Source: a virus (taxonomy: Duplodnaviria > Heunggongvirae > Uroviricota > Caudoviricetes). Taken from it: 64,000 nt of DNA. The stretch lies in IMG/VR virus record IMGVR_UViG_3300028648_000132; one strand, given 5' to 3'. This document shows positions 1-8,874 of this stretch, in pieces (position 1 is the first letter of the stretch; every line of letters begins with the position of its first letter). The notes below the pieces were generated by a model that saw nothing but the letters and a program-made list of their open reading frames with translations, did not search any database and was not told the DNA's origin. Position numbers and translations under genes: made by a program.

Positions 1-167
1 GAACCGGATGTCCAGACGGTTTGGGCGCGGGCGTAGCCGCCGCCGGTCGACTCGTTGGAGGGTGTCTGTGAGGTTCCGGGTGCGCCGGTCGCGCACCCAA
101 ACCAGTTGCCTAGTGCCTTCCAGGCGTCGGCGAGGGATTGCCGCGTCTGGGGTACTTGAATTGCCAT
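1..167 (-). CDS. hypothetical tail-region protein, N-terminal fragment; the gene continues past the window start
   Basis: ATG at 167..165 is preceded by a GGAGA RBS that overlaps the stop of the upstream minor tail gene. The frame stays open to position 1 (MAIQVPQTRQSLADAWKALGNWFGC...). Confidence 0.45.
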   Translation of the reverse strand, partial: MAIQVPQTRQSLADAWKALGNWFGCATGAPGTSQTPSNESTGGGYARAQTVWTSG

Positions 168-175
168 GTGGTCTC

Positions 176-1309
176 CTATTGCCTTGCGTAGAAGTGGGCT
201 TCGCCGCGGGCACCCGCGTTGCCGTTGCTGAATGCGCCGCCGCCCTTGCCACCCGAGCCGGGGGCGACGCCGTCGCCGGTGCCGCCGGTGTAGGTCTGGC
301 CGTTGAGGGAGACGTCGCGGTTGGAGTTGGCGTTTCCGCCGCCGACGGGGTCGCCGGACTGTGTGCCGACGCCGCCGCGTCCCGTTGCGCCAGGTGCGGT
401 GACGAGGGTGGAGCCGTTGACGATGCCGGTTGTGGGGCCACCGTTGCCGCCGTTACCTCCCCCGGTGCCCGCTGTGCCGCCGACACCGATGGAGCCGGTG
501 ATTTGTGTCGCCGTCCATGGGAAATGGACGCCGCGTTCCCAGGTTCCGTACACCCATTGGCCGCCGTCGCCGCCCTGTGCAGGGGTAAAGGAGAATTGGG
601 CGCCGCCACCGCCACCCCCACCGGGCAGGTAGGCATAGTCGATGTACCGGCACCAGTACGGGATGTTGTAGGTGTAGGACCCGGTCGCCGTGATGTCGGT
701 GCGTACCGGGGACATCGCCGGGAACGCCGCCCCGCACTGGAGCGTGCCGGTTGCGGCGAATGCCGCACCTAGTTGGTACTTCTGGGCTACTTGGACAGCC
801 AGCGTGCCTGCACCGGCGAGGGCCGCGCCCAGGGCGTACGCCTGCGCTACCTGTGCGGCCAAGGTACCCCCGCCGCCGAATGTGGCGCTTCGGGTGAACT
901 GTTGGAGTAGTTGTGCCGACAGCGTGCCTGCACCAGCGAGTTGCGCCAGACGGTCCAGGCGCACCCGTGCATCTACTGACATGCTGCCGGTGCCAGCCAA
1001 GGCGGCCGTACGTTGGTACAGCTGTCGGACGTCGGCCGCCAGTGCGCCTGCCCCGTTGTATCCCGCTGTAATGCCGTATATCTGGGAGACCTGGGCGTTG
1101 AGGGTGCCCGCTCCCGCCATATCGGCACCGACGGTGTACACCTGCGCAACGTCGACGGCCATGGTGCCCTCGGCGCTCAGGGCGGCCGTTCTATCGGGTA
1201 TCCAGAACCAGCCAGTGACCGGATCTTGCTGCTGCGTTTGTGGTGGTTCTTTCCACCAACCCAGTTGCGGCTCTGATGATTCCGGTTGCGGGTTGGTGGT
1301 CCAACTCAT
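176..1309 (-). CDS. minor tail protein, glycine-rich, with internal tandem ~20-aa repeats
   Basis: 377-aa ORF with long poly-Gly/GNGG stretches and six consecutive repeats of the form GAGTLxAQVxQxYxLGAAxA. It sits at the distal end of the tail gene block, and its TAG stop at 176-178 overlaps the next gene's RBS. Confidence 0.7.
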   Translation of the reverse strand: MSWTTNPQPESSEPQLGWWKEPPQTQQQDPVTGWFWIPDRTAALSAEGTMAVDVAQVYTVGADMAGAGTLNAQVSQIYGITAGYNGAGALAADVRQLYQRTAALAGTGSMSVDARVRLDRLAQLAGAGTLSAQLLQQFTRSATFGGGGTLAAQVAQAYALGAALAGAGTLAVQVAQKYQLGAAFAATGTLQCGAAFPAMSPVRTDITATGSYTYNIPYWCRYIDYAYLPGGGGGGGAQFSFTPAQGGDGGQWVYGTWERGVHFPWTATQITGSIGVGGTAGTGGGNGGNGGPTTGIVNGSTLVTAPGATGRGGVGTQSGDPVGGGNANSNRDVSLNGQTYTGGTGDGVAPGSGGKGGGAFSNGNAGARGEAHFYARQ

Positions 1310-1474
1310 CTACGGACCGGCGAATCCTATGCAGGAGACCATCTGACCGTCTGCGTCGTTGGTGCCGGTGATTTGTATCCAGTTGGGTGGGTTGGTTTTC
1401 CCGTCGGCGTCCAGGCCGCCGCGCACGGCGGTGAAGGTGATGCCGGGCAGTTCAGGCATGGTGAATGTAGTCAT
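1310..1474 (-). CDS. small hypothetical protein (54 aa), not in the ORF track
   Basis: ATG at 1474 with an AGAGAGAGG RBS 22 nt after the upstream stop. Its TAG stop abuts the ATG of the following gene. Sequence: MTTFTMPELPGITFTAVRGGLDADGKTNPPNWIQITGTNDADGQMVSCIGFAGP. Confidence 0.4.
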   Translation of the reverse strand: MTTFTMPELPGITFTAVRGGLDADGKTNPPNWIQITGTNDADGQMVSCIGFAGP

Positions 1475-1496
1475 CGCTGATGCCTCTCTCTGGTGG

Positions 1497-4013
1497 TTAT
1501 GCGATGCGGCGGCCGTCGAATGTGGCTATGCCGGATAGCGCTGTGATGCTTCGTGAGACAACGGTTTCCGAGCCGGTTGAGCCGTTGGACCGTATGTCGT
1601 AGTCGACCGCGATGAATCCTGGCTGCACGACATCTCCCGCCACCAGCGGGATTTCGAAGGCGCAACCCGACGGGATAGCGCCGGTGATGCGGGTGCCGTT
1701 CTTGTACACCACCCAGTAGGGCACGGATGTGCCCTTGGCGGTGACCGATCGGTAGGTGGTGTTGATGCGGTAGAGGCCGGTGGTGGTGATTTCGATGCGG
1801 GCTGTGCCCAGGTCGTCGAGGGTGACGTCGGTGGTGTAGTCGTTGAATGTGAAGAAACCGGACGGGAACGCACCGGAAGAATAGGGGCCGTAGGTGACGT
1901 CGGCGGTGCTATCTCGTCTGATGCTCCACGAATTTGACATCGAGAATCCTGCTCCCGCAGAGGTGTAATCGGACATCGCGAACGCGGCGACCCGGTAGGA
2001 GTCGTAGGTGAAAAACGGGCTCGCCCGCTGCACGCTGAACATCGAATACCGGTATGCCGCACCGATGCTGATGGTGTTGCCCGCGTCGGTGGCGGAGAGG
2101 ACCTGTCGGCCGTTGACGCGCACGAAGTAGTTGGTGCCCGCGCAGCGGATCTCGATGCGCGCGCCCTGCTTGACCGCCGAGAGCCCCGTCTGGAGCGTTA
2201 GGGGTGCGCTGAACGACCAGCTGGTACCCGAGCGGGTGAACTTGCCGATGCGGATCTCGCCCTCTTTGGCCAGGCAGTAGGCGCCCTGTGTGCGGCCCGA
2301 GTCGCATCGGATATAGACACCGGAGTAGTAGTTGCCATTTTGGGTGTCGCCCAACACAAATGACGCTGACTGGCCATCGGTGGCGTAGGTGTAGTTCGGG
2401 CTGGCGAAGAAGTACCCGTCGGAGTTGCCGTTCTTGACGCCCGCGTACCCCGAGTCCCCGCGAATAGTCACGTCTCCGGGGTTGGGTCCGGTGGTCCAGT
2501 CTGTCGAGTTCAGTGCGGCGCCGTCGGCGCCGGAGAAGGTGAAGCTGTAGCTGTTGCCGCCGCCGGTGTTCTGCTCGGTTTCCTGCTCCTGCAACGTGGT
2601 TTGCGCCGCGATTGCGCTCTTGAGTGCGTCGCGCGAGAGGCCGAGCAGCGATAGCAGTGATTCCTTGGCCTGGTTGATCTGCTCGCCGATGGTTCCCGTT
2701 GTGCTCGTGCCTGTTCCGTCGGCGCCAGTTTTGACGCCGGTCAGCATGTCGCCGAGGTTGCTGACCAGATCGTTGACCCGGCCCATGTCGAAATTGCCGA
2801 CCACGTCGCCCGCGTTCAGTGTCCCGCCAGCGGTGAGCTTCTGAGTCTTGTTGTTGCTCAGCCCGAACCAGTCCTTGACGGCCTGGATGGTCGAGTTGAT
2901 GGGTGTGACCACAAGCCCGCCGAAGATGTCCCGTATCTGGTTCAGCTGGGCGTTGAGGTCGGGGAGATCGGTGACCTTGGTCTGCGGGAGTAGCGGGATG
3001 TTGCCTAGGCCGAGCAAGCCCAGTATCTCTGCTGCGTCGATCTTGCCGTCAGCAGTGATTGCGGCGAGACGGTTTTGGATGTCGCCGATTTCGGCGTTGA
3101 CCTGACCGGCGACGGTGTCGAAGAACTCCTTGAAGCGGTCCAGTCCGACCTTGTGCGCCAGCTCCTCCAGGGCATTGCCAATGTCGGTGCCGAACTGCTC
3201 CAGCTGGGTGACAAGATCCTGCACGTAGTCCTGCGGGAGCTTCCCGGTCTTCCAGGTATCGGCGTCGTCGAACCACACGGCGCCTGCGGTGACGTCGCCG
3301 GTCACTAGGAGCGTGGTGCGGACTTCGTCGACGCCAGTGTCGGGCACGGTGTAGGTGCCGTGCAGCTCCACCCATCCGCTGCTGTCGGCCGCCGTCGGCT
3401 GGTGCTGGGCAACGACTGTCGACGAAACAGGGTTACCCGCCAGGTACGAGGTGACGATCAGCCGGATGGGGTTGGTGCCAGCACCAGCGGTAAGGCCCTG
3501 CCAGCGGGTGAATACCTCCAGTTCCAGGTGCTGCTTCTTGGCCACCGGTATGGCGTTGGAGTGCAGGTATTTTGCGACCCCTGCCATGACGGCCTTGACC
3601 GATCCCAATGGGCTGGTGCGGCCGATGGTGCCGTCCCACAACCAGTCCGGGTTGTCGACGACCGCGGCGTCGGTGTCGAAGCCGCCGTTGAGTAGCAGGT
3701 TCGGGAACCACTCGCCGATCTGTGACAGGGGGATGAGCGGCAGCAGTCCGGGCTTGATCCACGACAGGACGTTCGCAATGCCCTTCTTCAGCTCGTCCAG
3801 CCACTCGATGATCTCGGGGATGGGGTTGGTGGCTATACCCAGCAGGGAGTCGATGAGCCGTTGGAGTTCCTTCTGGATCATCACCGGCAGCTGCTTGAGG
3901 ACATCGCCGAGGTTGTTGATGGTCTTCTTGAGCGCCGGGTCCTGGGCGAGTTGGTTGGTCGGGTCGTATTCCGTCTTGAAGTTCTGTGGGACCAGATCGA
4001 CTGACCGAGGCAT
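1497..4013 (-). CDS. minor tail protein (838 aa)
   Basis: Start chosen at MPRSVDLVPQNFK (ATG at 4013), which overlaps the TAA of the upstream gene (TAATG). The upstream 68 codons of the track ORF are Arg/His-rich junk. Large beta-rich C-terminus typical of actinophage minor tail proteins. Confidence 0.7.
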   Translation of the reverse strand: MPRSVDLVPQNFKTEYDPTNQLAQDPALKKTINNLGDVLKQLPVMIQKELQRLIDSLLGIATNPIPEIIEWLDELKKGIANVLSWIKPGLLPLIPLSQIGEWFPNLLLNGGFDTDAAVVDNPDWLWDGTIGRTSPLGSVKAVMAGVAKYLHSNAIPVAKKQHLELEVFTRWQGLTAGAGTNPIRLIVTSYLAGNPVSSTVVAQHQPTAADSSGWVELHGTYTVPDTGVDEVRTTLLVTGDVTAGAVWFDDADTWKTGKLPQDYVQDLVTQLEQFGTDIGNALEELAHKVGLDRFKEFFDTVAGQVNAEIGDIQNRLAAITADGKIDAAEILGLLGLGNIPLLPQTKVTDLPDLNAQLNQIRDIFGGLVVTPINSTIQAVKDWFGLSNNKTQKLTAGGTLNAGDVVGNFDMGRVNDLVSNLGDMLTGVKTGADGTGTSTTGTIGEQINQAKESLLSLLGLSRDALKSAIAAQTTLQEQETEQNTGGGNSYSFTFSGADGAALNSTDWTTGPNPGDVTIRGDSGYAGVKNGNSDGYFFASPNYTYATDGQSASFVLGDTQNGNYYSGVYIRCDSGRTQGAYCLAKEGEIRIGKFTRSGTSWSFSAPLTLQTGLSAVKQGARIEIRCAGTNYFVRVNGRQVLSATDAGNTISIGAAYRYSMFSVQRASPFFTYDSYRVAAFAMSDYTSAGAGFSMSNSWSIRRDSTADVTYGPYSSGAFPSGFFTFNDYTTDVTLDDLGTARIEITTTGLYRINTTYRSVTAKGTSVPYWVVYKNGTRITGAIPSGCAFEIPLVAGDVVQPGFIAVDYDIRSNGSTGSETVVSRSITALSGIATFDGRRIA

Positions 4014-5416
4014 TAGACCGGCATGACCTCGACGTAAAGCTGGGCGTTGGCCTTGTCGAACAGGTAGGCACCGGCCAGGCCATCGTTGTAGAGGTTGACG
4101 TAGACGGTTCCCTGGTTGCCGGTGTGGTTGGGCGGCACCAGGGCGTAGGTGTTGTCCGGCGTGATGGCCATGGTGGGGTCGGACGGTGTCGACGCGTGCG
4201 GCGACATGTGCGCCCACTGGGACGTGTTACCGAAGCCGCGGGCAATGAGTTGGCCGGAGGTGGGGTGACCCAGTCGGACCTCGCAGCCGATGATGAGCGG
4301 GTCCTGGTCCAGCTCCACACCGGTCGCCTTGATCTTGCCGAACACAATCGGCTTCCACGGGAATGGTTGCGCAGGAATGGCAAAGGACCCGATGGGTGCC
4401 CGGGTGGAGAAGCCCTGGAAGTTGGTGAACGCGGCCTCGGGCACGGTGAACGGCCTGGGCAGGATCGATCCAATGGACATGGGCCGCCACTTACCGGATG
4501 CCCCGATGTTCTCGTCGAAGCCCAGGACCTGGAGGTGCTGCGGCGGTGTGGACATGTCGACGTCCGGGGCCTGCCCGAGGCTGGCGGCAGGACCTTGCGG
4601 GCCGCGCGGCACCTTCAAGTACAGGCGGCAGGACGGCGCGTACGGGGAGCCGGTCTGGTGAACGTATGAGTCCTGGGCGCCCTCTGGTGGGAGAAGCTCA
4701 ACGCTCCAACTGATCTGAGGCACCGGCCCCGGCGGGCCTTCCGATCCCATCATCAGGATGCGGTACTCGGTGCCGAACCAGATGTAGGCGCGAGACCCGA
4801 TGAGGTTGGTGACGCCCTCCTGCTCTGTGGTCACGACCACGGACGGGCTGGTGCCGCCGGTGGGTGTACCGGTCATCTGCGGCTGCCCGATGCCTGCTTT
4901 GGAACCGGCGAAGGTCACGGTGTATGGGCCGCCGGGGTTACCGACAACCTCGACGTCGCCAGTCGAGACATTGGGCAGAGCAACCAGTGCGTCCTCGAAG
5001 GCCTGGGCGGTGGCGTTACCGGCGATAGATGCGGTCGGCTGGCCGTCGTACGCGAGGGTGAAGGAGGTGGGGCCACCGTTGAGCGTCACCGTCTGTACCT
5101 CGTTGACGGTGGCGTAGTGGTTCATGATCCAGTACTTGCCGATGTCCTCGTCGATGTCCTGGAGGTTGGTCGGCAGGTCCTCCGGGTCGTCGATCAAGGA
5201 CTTCTGGAGGCGTAGCGCGAAGGCGTTGGTACCGGCCGGACCCTGCGGCCCCATGAGAGCGGGAACCACCAAAGTCGCCTGATCGCCTTGGATTTCCATG
5301 GTGACCGCGTACTGGTCCGGTGTCGCACCGTCGGACACCACGGCATAGATGTGGGTGTTGGTCAGCAGCGACTTGAGGTACACCATCAGGCCGATGGGTG
5401 GTACCGGTGCAGTCAT
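4013..5416 (-). CDS. minor tail protein with a short collagen-like G-x-y stretch
   Basis: 467 aa. Strong AAGGAGGA RBS upstream of the ATG at 5416. Contains the motif MGPQGPAGTNAF. Located between other minor tail proteins. Confidence 0.75.
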   Translation of the reverse strand: MTAPVPPIGLMVYLKSLLTNTHIYAVVSDGATPDQYAVTMEIQGDQATLVVPALMGPQGPAGTNAFALRLQKSLIDDPEDLPTNLQDIDEDIGKYWIMNHYATVNEVQTVTLNGGPTSFTLAYDGQPTASIAGNATAQAFEDALVALPNVSTGDVEVVGNPGGPYTVTFAGSKAGIGQPQMTGTPTGGTSPSVVVTTEQEGVTNLIGSRAYIWFGTEYRILMMGSEGPPGPVPQISWSVELLPPEGAQDSYVHQTGSPYAPSCRLYLKVPRGPQGPAASLGQAPDVDMSTPPQHLQVLGFDENIGASGKWRPMSIGSILPRPFTVPEAAFTNFQGFSTRAPIGSFAIPAQPFPWKPIVFGKIKATGVELDQDPLIIGCEVRLGHPTSGQLIARGFGNTSQWAHMSPHASTPSDPTMAITPDNTYALVPPNHTGNQGTVYVNLYNDGLAGAYLFDKANAQLYVEVMPV

Positions 5417-6025
5417 CTAGTCCTCCTTGGGACGGGGTGCGTCGGTGTAGCGGACCTCTGCCTTCGTGCGCCATTCGGCGGTAACGACCGGCCCCTCGCC
5501 GTCACGGCGGGCAGCTAGGCCGCGGACGTCGGGTGGGCGGAGTCGGTCGTCGCTGTAATCGCCTGGCTGTAGGTCGCGTTCGGCGTCGTCGGGGGCGTTG
5601 ACGTCCACCCATGTGCACGCGTTCTCATAGATGCCTGGTCCATGCATGCGGCGCTTCTTGATGTGCGCGGTGGCAGTGCGGCGGAATCCGTAAAGCACTG
5701 CGGTCCAGGCGATTGCGAGGATGGTGGCGGACATGTGGTTGAGGTCGTGGACGCGCCCGTTTTGGTCGACCGGGTACTCCATGACCTCCAGCAGCTCCAG
5801 GTATGCGCGCTGTATCTCGCGCATTTCCGCGACCTTCGCGGCCTGCTCGATGTCCAGGCCGGCATCGAGGCCGACCTGCATATCTGGTGTGAGGTCGGCA
5901 ATTTCGGCGTCATCTGCCGCCGCACAGACGGCGAGGTCGCGCGGGGACAGGGCGGCGTCGGCCACTGGAGGGGGCACCTGGTCTGCCGGTACGCGGTGGG
6001 CCTTGCCCGGCCGGTCGGCGGCCAT
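5417..6025 (-). CDS. hypothetical tail-region protein
   Basis: ATG at 6025 overlaps the stop of the upstream gene (TGATG). The track ORF's first 15 codons start at a TTG and are probably not translated. Confidence 0.5.
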   Translation of the reverse strand: MAADRPGKAHRVPADQVPPPVADAALSPRDLAVCAAADDAEIADLTPDMQVGLDAGLDIEQAAKVAEMREIQRAYLELLEVMEYPVDQNGRVHDLNHMSATILAIAWTAVLYGFRRTATAHIKKRRMHGPGIYENACTWVDVNAPDDAERDLQPGDYSDDRLRPPDVRGLAARRDGEGPVVTAEWRTKAEVRYTDAPRPKED

Positions 6026-7860
6026 CAGAAGATGGTTCCTTCGCCAAGGAATTGGGACAGGGTCGTCCAAACGGCCTGCAATGCACGAAGACCCCGCGCT
6101 GCGGGGTCTTCTTTGTCGCTGTCGTCGCCGATCGCCAGTTGCACTGTGACCGGCTCATTTCGGGACCACGTTCGCTTTATGGCGGTGATCTGGTCGACGA
6201 AGATGATGCCGCCCTGCTCGAACCCGGCCCGGTCGCCCAGGCCGATGTCGATGTCTATGGCGTGGGGTCGACCATTGACGACCTTGACCGTAAAGCCCTG
6301 CCAGGCGCGGGTTTTGAAGTGTCCAACGCGCATGGTGACGACGCCAGACAGTGTGTAGGCGGTGCCGCCGCCCTTCTCGAAATGCTCCTGCCAGGCCATG
6401 TCGCCGGTCCAGAGCGCGCGCCGCGGATCGGTGAAGCGCATCCAAGCCAGCAAAGTATTGTCCAGCTGCCCTTGATAGAGGTTGTCCAAACCTTCGGTGC
6501 CTGGCTGCTGGTAGGCGCCTATTGCATAGTTGATCACCTGCGCTAGTTGCGACAGCGCATATCTGATAGCAAATGTCTGGGCTTGGTTAACAATCTGCGG
6601 GCTACGGGAGCCCGTCATCACCGTTTTGACCGGCCCCTTATGTTGTCGCCGCTCTGACTCGATGATCCCGCTGAATTGGCCGTCGTACCAGATGGTTTTC
6701 GGCTTCTCCGGTGCAACGCCCAGCAGCTTCCGGAACACCGGATCGGTCTCGCCATCACCGTCCTCATCGAGGTTGATGAGGGTTTCGGTGATCATGTCGT
6801 CCAACGTGGCGCCGATGAGGTTGATGACACCGTCGGCCGCCGTTCCGGTCGGGCCGGTCACCCCCGACTTGTCCTCGATGGCGAAGACGATGCAGTTGCG
6901 GTGCGGCCGGGTGACATCGTTGACCGCCTCCTCAGCGACGGTGCCCCGCACCAGGTCTACGAGTTCGGTGTGTGGGGAGTCCTTGTCTTCCTTGAGCCAG
7001 GTGTAGGCGCGGAAGTCGCATCCCGCGTCCTTCAACATGTCGTTCATCGCCGCGTGCCAGTCCGTCCATGCCGCGCCGACGACAGAGAGGCGGGACTGGT
7101 CCAGGAGCGGGTTGACGAAGGCGACTTGGAGCGGCCAAGACAGTGGGTCGAGTCCACTGATGCCGCCGTTGAGCCAGCCGAAGGGGTTGAAGACATTGGT
7201 CGGGATGGACAGGAGCGGGAAGAACAGCCGCGCCAGGTTGATGAACATGGACGCGGACAGGATGGTGCGGGTATTGCCTGGTAGCACCCACATTTTCGGC
7301 AGCTGGACCTCGGGAGGAAACACGGGGTTGGCGGCGAAAAGCAGGTTTTTCGCATGCTGCCGGTTGCTGATGGCCTCCAGCTCCAGCGTGTGGACGCCGG
7401 ACGAGTCACGCTTGGCGTTGATGCCGGTGACCTTCCCGCCCCACCGGGTACGCCAGGTGGCCTGTGTGGGGATGGGGTCGACGACTAGGTGCAGGTCCTC
7501 GTGGATTTTGGTCTGTTGGAGGATGAAGTCTGTGAGCCAGTTGTCGTACCGCAGTACAACATTGGCCTGACCGGAGTCCGAGTGCATCTCCTCGACGGAC
7601 GCCAGCCGCTCGCCCGCAATCTGGGCGATAGGGTCCATGTTCTTGTCGAAGAGGCGCAGCATGGGTCGCTGGCGTGCCGCGCCTTCGATGGCGTCGCGTC
7701 GGCCGCGCAAGTACTTGTAGGCCGACATGGGGTCGGTGGCCGGGTCCGGCTTCGTGGGCCGATTCAACGTGTCTACGAGGGCGTCGTTGAGCCACCGGGT
7801 GAACTCCAGTGGCGCTGTTACTAATCCGTGCTGTACGCCATCTAGGAGTGCGCTAGTCAC
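6025..7860 (-). CDS. minor tail protein (611 aa)
   Basis: GTG start at 7860 immediately follows the upstream stop and has an AAGAGG RBS. Large protein in the tail block downstream of the tape measure. Confidence 0.7.
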   Translation of the reverse strand: MTSALLDGVQHGLVTAPLEFTRWLNDALVDTLNRPTKPDPATDPMSAYKYLRGRRDAIEGAARQRPMLRLFDKNMDPIAQIAGERLASVEEMHSDSGQANVVLRYDNWLTDFILQQTKIHEDLHLVVDPIPTQATWRTRWGGKVTGINAKRDSSGVHTLELEAISNRQHAKNLLFAANPVFPPEVQLPKMWVLPGNTRTILSASMFINLARLFFPLLSIPTNVFNPFGWLNGGISGLDPLSWPLQVAFVNPLLDQSRLSVVGAAWTDWHAAMNDMLKDAGCDFRAYTWLKEDKDSPHTELVDLVRGTVAEEAVNDVTRPHRNCIVFAIEDKSGVTGPTGTAADGVINLIGATLDDMITETLINLDEDGDGETDPVFRKLLGVAPEKPKTIWYDGQFSGIIESERRQHKGPVKTVMTGSRSPQIVNQAQTFAIRYALSQLAQVINYAIGAYQQPGTEGLDNLYQGQLDNTLLAWMRFTDPRRALWTGDMAWQEHFEKGGGTAYTLSGVVTMRVGHFKTRAWQGFTVKVVNGRPHAIDIDIGLGDRAGFEQGGIIFVDQITAIKRTWSRNEPVTVQLAIGDDSDKEDPAARGLRALQAVWTTLSQFLGEGTIF

Positions 7861-8874
7861 CTACCGAGACCTCTTATAGCGTTGCGGCAGTATCGCGGTG
7901 ACCTTTGCGTGGGGGTCGCTGTGCTTGACCCTGATCTGTGCGACATGCCTGGATGGGACTGATGCCTGGAACCGCTTGTCGAACCGCTTCCACACCGGCT
8001 CACCGGTCGCTGCCAGGTCGTGGAGCAGGAAGTCCAATATCTTTGAGCGCCTGGCGATCTGGTAGAAGATGTTGTCGACCGGGTCGTTGGACGCTGTGAG
8101 AGTCCGTTCCCTCGGGTCGGTGTCGACGAGGACGTATCCGTCCGACGGCGCGATGAGCGGCAGCTCGACCATGCGTCCGCTGTCGCCGTCCTCGACCCAG
8201 CAGCGTCCGGGCGGGACGATGAACTGGGTGAAGGACTCCAGATCGCCGCGGTTGGGCAATACGATGACGCCTTCTCCGTTGCCGCCGAATTGTGCTGCGG
8301 TGGCAGGGTTGTTCTGCCATGTGGCCCAGATGGATGGCTTGCTGTAGTACGGCTTTTGCGCCAGCCACTTCATCGGCCACTTGGCGAAGTTGTTGCCGAA
8401 GGCGACGGGGTCCCGCTTCTGGCTGCCGCCTATGGTCTGGGCGGGCCGCACCCTGATCCAGCGCCACCCGGAGAAGCGGGTGTATATGCCGAGCCAGCCG
8501 TCGCGGTTCTCATCCTGGCCGCGGAACCAGCGGTCCTCGGCCATGCGGTACTGGAAGTTGTTGAACGGTGCGCCCTTACCGCCGATGGATACGGTGAAGT
8601 TGATTTCGCGTTTGAGGATGTTGGCCCGCTCGACGGTGGCCCCTAGCTCGTAGGCGCCTTCGGTCAGCAGCAGTTCGAATGGCCAGTGATGCTCGCCCTC
8701 GATGTCCTCGGACAGCTGGACGCCCTGGCGTCCGGCGTTGATGCCGCCGTACATGTCCGTGAAGTCCCCGTCGGGGGATATGTAGACGATGCGTGTGTCT
8801 AGGCCCTGTAGGGCCTTCGGCAGCTTGTCCCATTGGTCGTAGGCGGGGATCTCGGACTGCCGGATGAACTTCAC
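7861..8874 (-). CDS. minor tail protein (possible distal tail protein)
   Basis: 337 aa. GTG start overlaps the tape-measure stop (GTGA). It is the first gene after the tape measure, the usual position of a Dit-like protein. Confidence 0.6.
   Translation of the reverse strand: MKFIRQSEIPAYDQWDKLPKALQGLDTRIVYISPDGDFTDMYGGINAGRQGVQLSEDIEGEHHWPFELLLTEGAYELGATVERANILKREINFTVSIGGKGAPFNNFQYRMAEDRWFRGQDENRDGWLGIYTRFSGWRWIRVRPAQTIGGSQKRDPVAFGNNFAKWPMKWLAQKPYYSKPSIWATWQNNPATAAQFGGNGEGVIVLPNRGDLESFTQFIVPPGRCWVEDGDSGRMVELPLIAPSDGYVLVDTDPRERTLTASNDPVDNIFYQIARRSKILDFLLHDLAATGEPVWKRFDKRFQASVPSRHVAQIRVKHSDPHAKVTAILPQRYKRSR

Noticed and set aside
8-772. Long plus-strand and alternative-frame ORFs rich in Arg/Pro/Gly/Ala, for example 8-772 (+), 3433-4473 (-), 9165-10154 (+), 16560-18677 (+, 705 aa), 24714-25394 (+), 40738-41580 (-) and 43264-43770 (-)
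   Set aside because: They overlap well-supported genes on the opposite strand or in another frame. Their composition is dominated by codons forced by high GC (R, P, G, A). They lack RBSs and coupling, and they break the compact co-directional operon structure. They are treated as GC-bias artefacts.
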